From the NCBI GenBank assembly GCA_900554515.1, contig USHN01000003.1:62760-126759 (forward strand): 64,000 bases of DNA. The letters run 5' to 3'. The notes under the pieces are model-generated. The model searched no databases, was not told the origin of the DNA, and saw only the letters and a program-made list of their open reading frames with translations. This document shows positions 29,059-38,688 of the stretch, piece after piece. How positions within the stretch are numbered: position 1 is the first letter of the stretch; every line of letters begins with the position of its first letter. The DNA comes from an uncultured Acidaminococcus sp. (lineage in GTDB: Bacteria > Bacillota > Negativicutes > Acidaminococcales > Acidaminococcaceae). The position numbers were made by a program, and so were the translations under genes.

Positions 29059-30405
29059 TTATTGCAGGAACGGCAGTTTGAGTCTGCCCTTCCGTGCATA
29101 CTTGTTCATGCCCTGCATGGTTTTCATCAGCTTCTTGCTTTCCTCAAACTGCTTCAGGAGCCGGTTTACATCCTGTACTCTCTGTCCACAGCCTTTGGCA
29201 ATCCGCTGCCTGCGGGACCCGTTGATAATGCGGGGATCCCGTCGCTCTTTCGGCGTCATGGAAGTAATGATGGCTTCCAGGCGGCGTACTTCTTTGCCGT
29301 CCAGGTCAACCCCTTCCAGCTGCTTTGCGAATTTCCCCATGCCAGGGATCATACTGAGAATGGATTCTAAGGAACCCAGTTTTTTCACCTGTTTCATCTG
29401 TTCCAGGAACATATCCAGGGTGAATTCATTTTTCTTCATGGCCTCGGCCATCTTTTTGGCCTGGTCCACGTCTACGGCTTCCTGGGCTTTTTCAATCAGG
29501 GAGAGGACATCCCCCATCCCCAGGATCCGGGAAGCCATACGGTCCGGATAAAAGGGCTGCAGGGCATCTAATTTTTCCCCCATACCCACAAATTTTACCG
29601 GGCAGCCTGCTACGGCTTTTACAGAAAGAACCGCCCCGCCCCGGGCGTCGCCATCCAGTTTAGTCACCACAAGACCGGTAATGCCGAGGGCTTTATTAAA
29701 GGCGTCTGCCACCGTTACGGCATCCTGCCCTATCATGGCATCCACCACCAGGAGAATATCATCCGGGGAAACAGCGCTTTTGATCTCCTTGAGTTCATTC
29801 ATCAGCGCTTCGTCCACATGGAGCCGCCCGGCTGTATCAATGATAATGGTATCACACAGCAGGTCATTGGCCTTTGTCAGGGACTGTTTGGCGATTTCCA
29901 CAGGGGATACCTGATCTCCCATGGCAAAGACAGGCATATTCAGCTGTTTGCCGATAACTTCCAGCTGGGTAATGGCAGCAGGCCGATAAATATCCCCGGC
30001 AACCAACAGCGGCTTTTTTCCGTTTTTGCGCAGATAATTGGCCAGCTTTCCTACCGTGGTGGTTTTACCAGCGCCCTGGAGCCCCACCAGCATAATGATG
30101 GTAGGCGGCGTGGAAGAAATATTTAACTTGCTCTGGGTGCCGCCTAAAAGGGCAATTAACTCCTCATGGACGACTTTGATAATGCTTTGCCCGGCGGTCA
30201 GTCCGGCAGTTACCTGCTGCCCCTCTACCCGTTCTTTAATCTTTTGGGTAAATTCCTTGACCACCTTAAAATTAACATCCGCTTCCAAAAGCGCCAGACG
30301 GACTTCCCGCAGGGCTGCCTTCAGATCCTGCTCCGAAATGGTTTTCTGCCCCCGAAGCTTTTGGATGGCCGCTGTTAATTTGTCTGTGAGTATTTCAAAA
30401 GCCAT
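29059..30405 (-). CDS. ffh: Signal recognition particle protein Ffh
   Basis: GLQGAGKTT, DTAGR, TKLDGDARGG and the M-domain SRRQRIAKGCG. Confidence 0.98.
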   Translation of the reverse strand: MAFEILTDKLTAAIQKLRGQKTISEQDLKAALREVRLALLEADVNFKVVKEFTQKIKERVEGQQVTAGLTAGQSIIKVVHEELIALLGGTQSKLNISSTPPTIIMLVGLQGAGKTTTVGKLANYLRKNGKKPLLVAGDIYRPAAITQLEVIGKQLNMPVFAMGDQVSPVEIAKQSLTKANDLLCDTIIIDTAGRLHVDEALMNELKEIKSAVSPDDILLVVDAMIGQDAVTVADAFNKALGITGLVVTKLDGDARGGAVLSVKAVAGCPVKFVGMGEKLDALQPFYPDRMASRILGMGDVLSLIEKAQEAVDVDQAKKMAEAMKKNEFTLDMFLEQMKQVKKLGSLESILSMIPGMGKFAKQLEGVDLDGKEVRRLEAIITSMTPKERRDPRIINGSRRQRIAKGCGQRVQDVNRLLKQFEESKKLMKTMQGMNKYARKGRLKLPFLQ

Positions 30406-30407
30406 AA

Positions 30408-30752
30408 CTACCTGCTTTCATCCAGCAGTGCCAGCAGAATCTTTTTCGCTTCCTGCCGGCTGCTGTCTCCGCTGTTGTCCAAAAGTGCCAGTGCGTTACG
30501 CAGCTTTTCGCGGATATCGTCTCTTTGCTGCAAAACGTGAAGCCGCGCCTCGTACCCTTCCAGAGATTTTTCCACTCTCTTTAAGAGATCATATACGGCT
30601 TGCCGGCTGCTGCCCGTGTTCTCCCCGATTTCTCCCAGGGAGAGATCTTCATAAAAGTACGCTTCCATGATGCGTTGTTGTTTCGTCGTCAAAAGCGAAC
30701 CATACGTATCGTACAGCTCACCAAACCGCACTTTCTTGTGTATGGGATCCAT
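30408..30752 (-). CDS. ylxM: YlxM (UPF0122) HTH protein
   Basis: YGSLLT.KQ...DLSLGEI...SRQAVYD; directly upstream of ffh. Confidence 0.93.
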   Translation of the reverse strand: MDPIHKKVRFGELYDTYGSLLTTKQQRIMEAYFYEDLSLGEIGENTGSSRQAVYDLLKRVEKSLEGYEARLHVLQQRDDIREKLRNALALLDNSGDSSRQEAKKILLALLDESR

Positions 30753-30772
30753 GACCAATATCACCAGGTGCT

Positions 30773-30820
30773 ATTCTACACTGCTGAAAAAATAATGTCA
30801 AGTATTTTTCCTTGACATTA
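30773..30820 (-). promoter_or_regulatory. Sigma-A promoter of ylxM-ffh with an overlapping 10-bp inverted repeat
   Basis: TTGACA (30801-30796)-N17-TAGAAT (30778-30773), plus the palindrome TAATGTCAAG-N8-CTTGACATTA at 30793-30820. Confidence 0.75.
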
Positions 30821-30911
30821 GAGTGTTCAAATATTTTTCGAATTTTAGCCGCATTTCTTCTGCAATGCCATTTTATACTATGATTTTATCATAGGGAAAG
30901 GATTTTTGGGC

Positions 30912-31853
30912 ATGCGTTTTCTTTGGGATTTTTTGAAATATCTGGTGCTCCTAGTGCTGTTGCTGTTATTGGGAGCCGGCTGTTATGCAGGCAACCTGGC
31001 CTATCAGGAGCTGTTTTCTGAGCCCTGGGATAAAGTTTTGGGCATCGAAAATCATCGAAACGACCTAGCTTCCATCCATCAGCTGGAAGCCCAAAACGGA
31101 TGGCAGAAAATCCAAGTCACCAGTACGGATGGAACCAGACTGACAGGGACCTACATCCCTATGGGAAGCAAAAAAACGGTGATTATTCTCCACGGTTTGT
31201 ACCAGAACCGCACCATGAGCGTCCCCTATGCAAGAATTTACCAAAAGCTAGGCTATAATATTCTAATGCCGGATATCCGGGGGCACGGGGAAAGCGGCGG
31301 CCGTACGGATGACTGGGGGATTCACGATATTGAGGACATGAATAGCTGGGTACGCTGTCTCCACACGAAAACGCCGGACGGAACCATCGGATTCCATGGG
31401 ATTTCTTTAGGCGCTGCCATGAGTCTTTTGTATGCAGGCAGCGCATCCGGAAAGAATATGGCTTTTTGCGTCGCCGACAGTTCCTATGGCAATATATTGG
31501 AACTGGGCCAGGAAAAACTGCTGCATTTTACGGGAGATCAGCGTCTCCTCTTAGGGATGGAAATGACAGAGCCATTTTTCCGGGGCGCTTTATACTGCCA
31601 TACGGGAAAAACGCTGGGGGATTTGGACCCGTTGGAGCAGGTTCGGCATATGAAAACCCCTGTTCTCTTTCTCCACGGGGATGTGGACCAGCTGATTCCT
31701 CCCCATATTGCAGAAAATCTGCTAAATGCTTGTGCCAGCCCGCAAAAAAAGCTGGTGTATTTTCAGGGCAGCGGACATGCCACCGCTATCGGGGACAACC
31801 CGGAAGGCTATGTGACCGCCATAGAGGACTTTTTACAAAGCAGCAAATTATAA
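30912..31853 (+). CDS. Membrane-anchored alpha/beta hydrolase (YqkD-like)
   Basis: N-terminal TM; LHG, RGHGESGG, HGISLGAA, HGDVD and GH catalytic motifs. Confidence 0.88.
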   Translation: MRFLWDFLKYLVLLVLLLLLGAGCYAGNLAYQELFSEPWDKVLGIENHRNDLASIHQLEAQNGWQKIQVTSTDGTRLTGTYIPMGSKKTVIILHGLYQNRTMSVPYARIYQKLGYNILMPDIRGHGESGGRTDDWGIHDIEDMNSWVRCLHTKTPDGTIGFHGISLGAAMSLLYAGSASGKNMAFCVADSSYGNILELGQEKLLHFTGDQRLLLGMEMTEPFFRGALYCHTGKTLGDLDPLEQVRHMKTPVLFLHGDVDQLIPPHIAENLLNACASPQKKLVYFQGSGHATAIGDNPEGYVTAIEDFLQSSKL

Positions 31854-32681
31854 CCGCCGCATGACCCAGCGCGCCAGGGTATCAAAAAGTTCCGTAGGCA
31901 AAAGCGCATGAGCCCAAAAGATCAGGTACGCATCCAGGCCAATGAAATATCGGGACTGGGGACGGGCGGAGCGAGCGGCCAGAAAAATCGTCCGTGCCAC
32001 TTTTTTCGGACTGGTAAGCCACTTTTTCTGATACAACCGGCGCATGCCCCGGGCAGCTTTTGCACAAGGCAGCGCATTGGGACCATTTTTGCTGGCATTT
32101 TCCAAATGGTCCGCGGCAATCATCCCCCAGCCCGTTTTAACAAGCCCTGGTTCCACCAGCACCACACGAATCCCCATGTCTTTGAGTTCCATCCGGAGGG
32201 CATCGCTAAGAGCTTCCAAGGCATATTTGCTGGCATGGTACCAGCCTCCATAAGGCCCCGTGACCCGCCCGGCAATGGAAGAAACCATCACAATCCGGCC
32301 ATGATGCTGCCTGCGAAATACCGGCAGCACATACTGAATCAGCCGAACAGGGCCTAATACATTTACATCCAGCTGATACTGGGCTTCTTGCAGCGGCACA
32401 TCCTCGATAGCACCATACGATCCGTATCCTGCATTGTTAATCAAAATATCCAAAGTCCCTTGCTGCCGCAAAATCTGCTGCAGCGCCTGTTCACAGGAAT
32501 AGGGCTTAGTTACATCCAGCTGCAGGGGAATCACCCCATACTGGCTCAGTTCATTGACTTTATCCCACTGCCTGGCGGCGCCGTACACCGTGAATCCGGT
32601 TTTTGCCAGTAATATAGCGGTTTCCCGCCCAATTCCACCACTGGCGCCGGTAAGCAGTACCACTTGTTTTTCTCCTGCCAT
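31848..32681 (-). CDS. Short-chain dehydrogenase/reductase
   Basis: TGASGGIG, NNAG and YHASK motifs. Confidence 0.93.
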   Translation of the reverse strand: MAGEKQVVLLTGASGGIGRETAILLAKTGFTVYGAARQWDKVNELSQYGVIPLQLDVTKPYSCEQALQQILRQQGTLDILINNAGYGSYGAIEDVPLQEAQYQLDVNVLGPVRLIQYVLPVFRRQHHGRIVMVSSIAGRVTGPYGGWYHASKYALEALSDALRMELKDMGIRVVLVEPGLVKTGWGMIAADHLENASKNGPNALPCAKAARGMRRLYQKKWLTSPKKVARTIFLAARSARPQSRYFIGLDAYLIFWAHALLPTELFDTLARWVMRRL

Positions 32682-32886
32682 ATACTAACTCCTTAGTCCC
32701 TTTTCTTTTTCTTTTTTATTATAGTAAGTTTCCAGACCCGGCGCAAATTTTTCTGTTAGGCGATTTTTCTGCTTGTATCTGCCACACCACCCCGTTTTTA
32801 CCCGATTTCGTAAAAAAAGTTCCTCGTTGGAGCAAGAAATAGGCTATAATATAACCAATAAAGTAAATTTTTAAGGAGGCTGTCCT

Positions 32887-33783
32887 ATGAAAATTTTTAA
32901 TAAGCTTCGTATACTGGGCGTAGCAGCAGCATTCGTTCTGCTGGTAAGTCCACTGGCCCATGCTGCCAGCAAACCCGGATTGGATGAGATTCTGAAAGCA
33001 GAGGCACTTTTAGATAAAGCACCGGCGGTACAATACAATCTCAAAGCCGCATTTCTCACGCCCATTCTAACTGGTAACATCATCACAGACGGCCAACTTC
33101 AGGACCAAAAAGAAAAAGACGCCCCGGCTCAGATAAAAACGCAAGGCAAGGGAACGGTAACAATCGTTACGCTGGGGGCCAAAAAGCCAGTGGAACAGAA
33201 TTTTACCTTCTACGCCGTGCAGAAGGGGAATACCCTGGAAGAATACGTCCATGATGGCAAAACCTGGAAGAAAGTCAGTATTCCTTTTACAGTCCCCACG
33301 GAAAAAGAAGTCCAACAAGCCACGGATGCCTTTAAGAAAACTGTGAAATCCACAAAAATAGTCAGCGATAAAGGCAACAGCAAAGTCATTGATGTTACGC
33401 TGGACAGCAAGAAGCTTTTCCAGACAGATAAACGAAATGCTAAGACCGAAGGCCAAAAAGCAATCAAAAAGGCATTGAAAAAAATGGGGGACTTGACCTA
33501 CCGGACCGTGATTGATAAGAAATCCGGCAGGCTCGTGGGCCTTTCTATGGATCTCACCCCATTACTCCGGACATCTGGTAAAGAACTGCTGGAAGCAGCC
33601 GCCCTCTCTGGTCAGGTCACTCCCCAGCAGCAGGAAATGGCCCAGGCGTTTTTAAGCAGTTCTACCCTGCAATTTGAACTATCCTTTGCGTATGATAAAG
33701 GCACGGATATCGTCCTTCCGGAAGCGGCAAAAAACGCTACAGAAATAAAAGGAAAAGCCGTGGGCACAAAGGCGCTGCACTAA
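32887..33783 (+). CDS. Hypothetical exported protein
   Basis: Signal peptide ending AHA-A, AAGGAGG RBS, Lys-rich body. No family recognised. Confidence 0.75.
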   Translation: MKIFNKLRILGVAAAFVLLVSPLAHAASKPGLDEILKAEALLDKAPAVQYNLKAAFLTPILTGNIITDGQLQDQKEKDAPAQIKTQGKGTVTIVTLGAKKPVEQNFTFYAVQKGNTLEEYVHDGKTWKKVSIPFTVPTEKEVQQATDAFKKTVKSTKIVSDKGNSKVIDVTLDSKKLFQTDKRNAKTEGQKAIKKALKKMGDLTYRTVIDKKSGRLVGLSMDLTPLLRTSGKELLEAAALSGQVTPQQQEMAQAFLSSSTLQFELSFAYDKGTDIVLPEAAKNATEIKGKAVGTKALH

Positions 33784-33818
33784 CAAAACGACCGACAGAA
33801 AACATTCCTGTCGGTCTC

Positions 33819-34238
33819 TTATTCTGCAAAAAGGCTCTCTTCCCGGGGAGTCTTCTTTTTTTGTTCTTCTTTCTCCGGCTCCTCGCTGCGTCCTTCCTCT
33901 CTTGCCATGGTAAACAGCGTTTCTCCGCCATACAAGACTTTTCTCCGGGCCTGAGTCAGTTTCTTTTCCCACCGCACGCCGTGGCGGGTGTATTTTTTCA
34001 GCAACTGGCTTTTGGGGTTGGTTTCCTTATTCAGGTTATCCAAGCCATACGCTTCGGTAATCATTTTGCCCAGCACGGAATTGACACTGCTCTGGCTGCT
34101 TTCTTTCAAAACTTCCTGATACTCCTGATATAGCACCGGTTCGTTTTCCAGGAACAGGAAGACTGCATCCGTAATCTGGCGGGTAAACTGGTTCAGTAGC
34201 TTCTTTCCCAGCTGCTCCGCTTTTTGATTCCTTGCCAT
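33819..34238 (-). CDS. Hypothetical protein
   Basis: 139 aa with a GGAG RBS, directly downstream of thiE. Confidence 0.65.
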   Translation of the reverse strand: MARNQKAEQLGKKLLNQFTRQITDAVFLFLENEPVLYQEYQEVLKESSQSSVNSVLGKMITEAYGLDNLNKETNPKSQLLKKYTRHGVRWEKKLTQARRKVLYGGETLFTMAREEGRSEEPEKEEQKKKTPREESLFAE

Positions 34239-34250
34239 ACGCTTTCTCCG

Positions 34251-34883
34251 TTATTTTCCATAGGCCGCAGCTGCTTTTTTCAGGCGATGCACCGTGGCTG
34301 TAATATCGTCTGCTCCCAGGATCCCGCTGATCATGGCGCACCCCGCCGCTCCCTGTGCAAGGACTTCCTGATATTGGGCTTCATGGATTCCGCCGATGCC
34401 CACTACAGGGATGTGCACGGTTTCTGTGATCTTGCGCAGCATCCCTGCGGGCAGTAGTTTAGCGTCTTTCTTGCTGCCTGTGGGATACAGTGCACCCACG
34501 CCCAGATACGCAGCACCGGCTTTTTCTGCTGCTACTGCCTCTTCCAAATTATGGGCAGAAATCCCTATCACAGCCTCCGGCCCTAACAGCTGCTGTGCTT
34601 TAGTAATGGCATCATCATCCTGCCCCAGATGAACTCCGGCACAGCCGAGCGCTTTAGCCACTTCAATCTGATCATCAATCAAAAGCGGCACTCCATAGCA
34701 TCTGCACAGGGCGAGCATTTTTTGCCCTTCAAGAAGCAGCTCTTCTGGCGTCAGTGTCTTTTCTCTCAGCTGTACCAAAGTCACGCCAGCCTGCAGGGCT
34801 TCTTCCACCGCAGCGTAAAAGTTCCGTCCTCTAAGACAATGCCGATCCGTTACCAGATATACACTGTAATCAATGTTCTGCAT
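34251..34883 (-). CDS. thiE: Thiamine-phosphate synthase
   Basis: VQLREK, GVHLGQDD, GISAH and VGIGGI motifs. Confidence 0.95.
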   Translation of the reverse strand: MQNIDYSVYLVTDRHCLRGRNFYAAVEEALQAGVTLVQLREKTLTPEELLLEGQKMLALCRCYGVPLLIDDQIEVAKALGCAGVHLGQDDDAITKAQQLLGPEAVIGISAHNLEEAVAAEKAGAAYLGVGALYPTGSKKDAKLLPAGMLRKITETVHIPVVGIGGIHEAQYQEVLAQGAAGCAMISGILGADDITATVHRLKKAAAAYGK

Positions 34884-35682
34884 CCCAGCCTCCCTGAAAC
34901 TTTTCCAGCAATTCCTGTCCGTCAGTTTGGTAAATGGCATCCAAAAGGGCCATCCGGAAAGACCCCGGTCCCTGGCAAGCCTTTTCGGCCTTTTCTGCGG
35001 CTACATTCATCAGTGTCAATCCCCACAAGGCGCCTTCCAGCGGCGTATCTGCTACCGCAATCCCTGCTGCCATAAGGCTTCCCGTCATGCACCCGGCTCC
35101 GGTGATTTTTTGCTGGTAGAAAGATCCATTCCGGGCAAGCAGGCTGCGTTTTCCGTCACTTAGGGCATCCGTAGGGCCGGTGATAACCGCCACACAGGAA
35201 AACTTACAGGCCAGTTCTTTGGCCAGTTTTCCTGGCAGCGCATCCGGCAGGGAATCCACCCCCCGCCCTTCCATGGATCCATTTTCTTCCAAAAGAGAAC
35301 GGGCTTCTGCGCCATTGCCTTTTAGTACAGCGACCCCTTCCGCCAAAAGAAGCAGGGCCGTTTCACGACGCAACGGTGATGTCATAGTTCCTACTGGGTC
35401 CAGCAGTACAGGGACCTGGCAGACCTTAGCCCAGCGTGCTGCTTTTGCCATAGCTTCCCCATGGGCAGCGCTGAAAGTCCCCAGATTGCACACCAGGGCA
35501 TCTGCCTTGTCTACCGCATCTTCCACTTCCTCTGGGGAATCCGTCATCATGGGTAAAGCCCCCGCCGCAAGAGCCACATCTGCGCAGAACCCTGCCGTCA
35601 CATAATTGGTAATATGGTGGAGCAGCGGGCGGCGTGCCTGCACCATCTCACTGATCCGGGGAAATTTTTTCCAAGGTTCCAT
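34870..35682 (-). CDS. thiM: Hydroxyethylthiazole kinase
   Basis: HHITNYV, NLGT, LDPVG, KGN..E and ITGAGC motifs. Confidence 0.93.
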   Translation of the reverse strand: MEPWKKFPRISEMVQARRPLLHHITNYVTAGFCADVALAAGALPMMTDSPEEVEDAVDKADALVCNLGTFSAAHGEAMAKAARWAKVCQVPVLLDPVGTMTSPLRRETALLLLAEGVAVLKGNGAEARSLLEENGSMEGRGVDSLPDALPGKLAKELACKFSCVAVITGPTDALSDGKRSLLARNGSFYQQKITGAGCMTGSLMAAGIAVADTPLEGALWGLTLMNVAAEKAEKACQGPGSFRMALLDAIYQTDGQELLEKFQGGWDAEH

Positions 35683-35687
35683 ACCCT

Positions 35688-36518
35688 TTACTCCTTCAGG
35701 CAATCCTCCCAGCCTGCTTTTTCATACAAACTGTAAAAATGGTGAATGGGCCCATGCCCGTGCCCCACCGGCAGCCCATGCGCGATCCCCAGCGCCACAT
35801 AGTCCTTGGCCTGCTGTACCGCTTCTTTCAGGCTACACCCTTTCGCCAGATTGGCAGCAAGAGCAGACGAGAGACTGCACCCGGTGCCATGGGTATTGGG
35901 ATTGGCAAAACGAGGGCCTTTAAACCATGTTCCTCTTTTCTGCCCGCTACTATCACTTTCCAGCAGATAATCATCTGCCGTATCTGTCAGGTGCCCGCCT
36001 TTCAGCATCACAGCCTGTACTCCTTGGTCGCAAATAACAGCAGCCGCTTTTTCCATATCCGCTTCCGTTTTAATTTTAAGATCCGCCAATACTTCCCCTT
36101 CCATCATATTGGGCGTAATTAAGGTTCCCAGGGGCAGCAGCTTTTCCTTCAGATCCTTCCGGGCCTCTTTTTCCAAGAGGTAGGCACCGCTGGTGGCCAC
36201 CATCACGGGATCAATCACCAAAACTTTAGGCGCATATTGCCGCATTTTTTCTGCAATTACCTGGATTTGGGGAGAGGCAGATACCATCCCGATTTTTACC
36301 CCATCCACCCGAATATCCTGGAACACAGCATCAATCTGTGCCCCGATCACTTCCGGATCAATATTCTGGATAGCCGTAACACCGGTGGTATTTTGTGCCG
36401 TTACCGCAGTAATTACGCTCATGCCATAACAGCCATTAGCCGCAAAAGTTTTCAGATCCGCCTGGATACCGGCGCCGCCGGAAGAATCAGACCCAGCAAT
36501 GGTGAGCAAATGAAACAT
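35688..36518 (-). CDS. thiD: Hydroxymethylpyrimidine/phosphomethylpyrimidine kinase
   Basis: TIAGSDSSGGAGIQADLK, DPVMVA, TPN, KGGH and HGTGC motifs. Confidence 0.96.
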   Translation of the reverse strand: MFHLLTIAGSDSSGGAGIQADLKTFAANGCYGMSVITAVTAQNTTGVTAIQNIDPEVIGAQIDAVFQDIRVDGVKIGMVSASPQIQVIAEKMRQYAPKVLVIDPVMVATSGAYLLEKEARKDLKEKLLPLGTLITPNMMEGEVLADLKIKTEADMEKAAAVICDQGVQAVMLKGGHLTDTADDYLLESDSSGQKRGTWFKGPRFANPNTHGTGCSLSSALAANLAKGCSLKEAVQQAKDYVALGIAHGLPVGHGHGPIHHFYSLYEKAGWEDCLKE

Positions 36519-36536
36519 AGTTACCATCCTTTCTTT

Positions 36537-36572
36537 GAAAAACGGGGCTGTTGCAACCAAACAGCTCCGTTT
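36537..36572 (-). terminator. Hairpin/terminator between tkt and thiD
   Basis: AAAACGGGGCTGTT...AACAGCTCCGTTTT. Confidence 0.55.
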
Positions 36573-36584
36573 TCTGCATCTTGC

Positions 36585-38573
36585 TTATTTTAACTTTTTC
36601 ACCATATCCACGACATGCTCCACAGTAAAGCCGTATTCTTTATACACGGTTGCTCCCGGAGCAGAAGCACCGAAGGTATCAATGCCAAGCACCCGCTTTT
36701 CACTGCCGGTATAGCGGGCCCAACCAGTCCGTACGCCTGCTTCCAGGGCAAGGGCCGGAACATCTTTAGGCAGTACTTTTTTCTTGTAGGCATTGCTTTG
36801 TTTCTCAAAGACATCCCAGCTTGGCATGGATACCACCTGCACACCAATATGTTTAGCCGCTAACGCTTTCTGGGCGGCCAGTGCCAGGTGCACCTCACTG
36901 CCCGTAGCGATCAGCACTGCTTTCACTTTATCCCGGGGAGAGGGACTGAGAACATAGGCCCCCTTGCTGGCGCCCTTTGCAATGACTTTTTCATACCCAT
37001 GGAGAATGGGAAGTCCCTGGCGGGTCAGCAAAAGGCATGTGGGCTGCGTCCGGTTCTCACAGGCCGCCTTCCAGGCCACGGCAGTTTCCAAGGCATCTGC
37101 CGGGCGGAAAACGCTTACATTGGGCAGTAACCGCAGGCTCATTGTCTGTTCCACTGGCTGGTGGGTGGGGCCATCTTCTCCCACGAAAATGCTGTCGTGA
37201 GTGTATACAAAAATGCTACCGATATGCATCAGTGCCGCCATCCGTACCGCAGGCCGCATAAAATCTGTAAAGACCAGGAAGGTGGCACCAAAGGGCAGTA
37301 CACCCCCATGAAGCGCCAATCCGTTGACGATACAGCCCATGGCATGTTCCCGGATGCCGAAATGAATATTCCGTCCCAGGGGATCTTCCGGCGTAAAGAA
37401 GCCCTTGCCCTTCATCTCCGTTTTGTTAGAAGGCCCCAGGTCCGCACTGCCGCCTGTGAGGGCAGGAATCTTATCCGCCAATAACTGCAGCAGTGTCCCG
37501 GAGGCACTCCGCGTCGCAACGTTTTCCGTATCCTTAAACGCAGCCATCAGCGCTTTGATATCCAGGTCTACATTTCCTGAAAGGCGCTGCGTAAACTCCT
37601 GTCCCAGTTCCGGGTACTGCTGCTGATACTTTACTACTAACGCATTCCAATCTGCTTCCTGCTGCTGGCATTTAGCAAGTCTATCCTTAAATCTGCGTTT
37701 CACATTGCCGGGGACATAGAAGGACTTTTCCCCATCCCATCCGGCAGCTTCCTTGGTTTTTTTCACATTGTCCGCACCCAGGGGCTCCCCGTGAGCGCTG
37801 GCCATATCCTGCCGGGGACTGCCAAACCCGATATGGGTCCGCACAATAATGAGGGACGGATGCTTAGTGTCTTTTTTTGCTTCTTCAATGGCTTTAGCCA
37901 AGGCATCCACATCTTCAGAAGAGTCCACATGTAGCACCTGCCAGCCATAAGCGGCAAATCGAGTCCCTACATTTTCCCGGAAGGCCAGCTGGGTATCCCC
38001 TTCAATGGTGATGTGGTTATCATCGTACAAGAAAATTAATTTTCCAAGACCCAGCGTTCCGGCCAGAGAAGCCGCTTCAGAAGCAACGCCCTCCATCTGA
38101 TCCCCATCAGAGGTGATCCCATAGGTATAGTGATCAACTAGTGGGAAGCCTTTTTGATTATAGCGGGCTGCCAGCATCGCCTCCGCCATAGCAAGGCCCA
38201 CCGCCATGGCAAAGCCATGGCCCAATGGTCCGGTGGAAACATCTACGCCAGGAGTGACCCCATATTCCGGATGTCCAGGGGTCTTGGAGCCCCACTGCCG
38301 AAAATTTTTCAGATCTTCCAGGGATACCGCATACCCCGCCAAATGCAGCATAGCATACAGCAGCGCACTCCCATGCCCGGGAGATAAAACGAAACGATCC
38401 CGGTTAAACCAGGAAGGATTTTCCGGATTGTATTTCATAAAGCGGTCCCATACCGTATATAGCAGGGGCGCTGTCCCAAGCGGCAGCCCGGGGTGTCCGG
38501 AGTTAGCCGCCTGTACTTCATCTATGGATAAAAAGCGCAAGGTATTGATGCAGTCCGTATCAATTTTTTTCAT
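36585..38573 (-). CDS. tkt: Transketolase
   Basis: SGHPG, RDRFVLS.GH, GHPE, GPLG, HFGIREH and THDS..VGEDGPTHQP motifs. Confidence 0.97.
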   Translation of the reverse strand: MKKIDTDCINTLRFLSIDEVQAANSGHPGLPLGTAPLLYTVWDRFMKYNPENPSWFNRDRFVLSPGHGSALLYAMLHLAGYAVSLEDLKNFRQWGSKTPGHPEYGVTPGVDVSTGPLGHGFAMAVGLAMAEAMLAARYNQKGFPLVDHYTYGITSDGDQMEGVASEAASLAGTLGLGKLIFLYDDNHITIEGDTQLAFRENVGTRFAAYGWQVLHVDSSEDVDALAKAIEEAKKDTKHPSLIIVRTHIGFGSPRQDMASAHGEPLGADNVKKTKEAAGWDGEKSFYVPGNVKRRFKDRLAKCQQQEADWNALVVKYQQQYPELGQEFTQRLSGNVDLDIKALMAAFKDTENVATRSASGTLLQLLADKIPALTGGSADLGPSNKTEMKGKGFFTPEDPLGRNIHFGIREHAMGCIVNGLALHGGVLPFGATFLVFTDFMRPAVRMAALMHIGSIFVYTHDSIFVGEDGPTHQPVEQTMSLRLLPNVSVFRPADALETAVAWKAACENRTQPTCLLLTRQGLPILHGYEKVIAKGASKGAYVLSPSPRDKVKAVLIATGSEVHLALAAQKALAAKHIGVQVVSMPSWDVFEKQSNAYKKKVLPKDVPALALEAGVRTGWARYTGSEKRVLGIDTFGASAPGATVYKEYGFTVEHVVDMVKKLK

Positions 38574-38653
38574 GAATTATCTCCTCTCAGATGGACGTTC
38601 AATAGTATACCTGATACTGTTGATTATAGGCCATTTGGGAGCTGAAAGCAAGG

Positions 38654-38679
38654 AAAGGCAGGCGATGTCGCCTGCCTTT
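38654..38679. terminator. Intrinsic terminator after the EF-G paralogue
   Basis: AAAGGCAGGCGA-TG-TCGCCTGCCTTT. Confidence 0.7.
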
Positions 38680-38688
38680 ATCTTTTCC

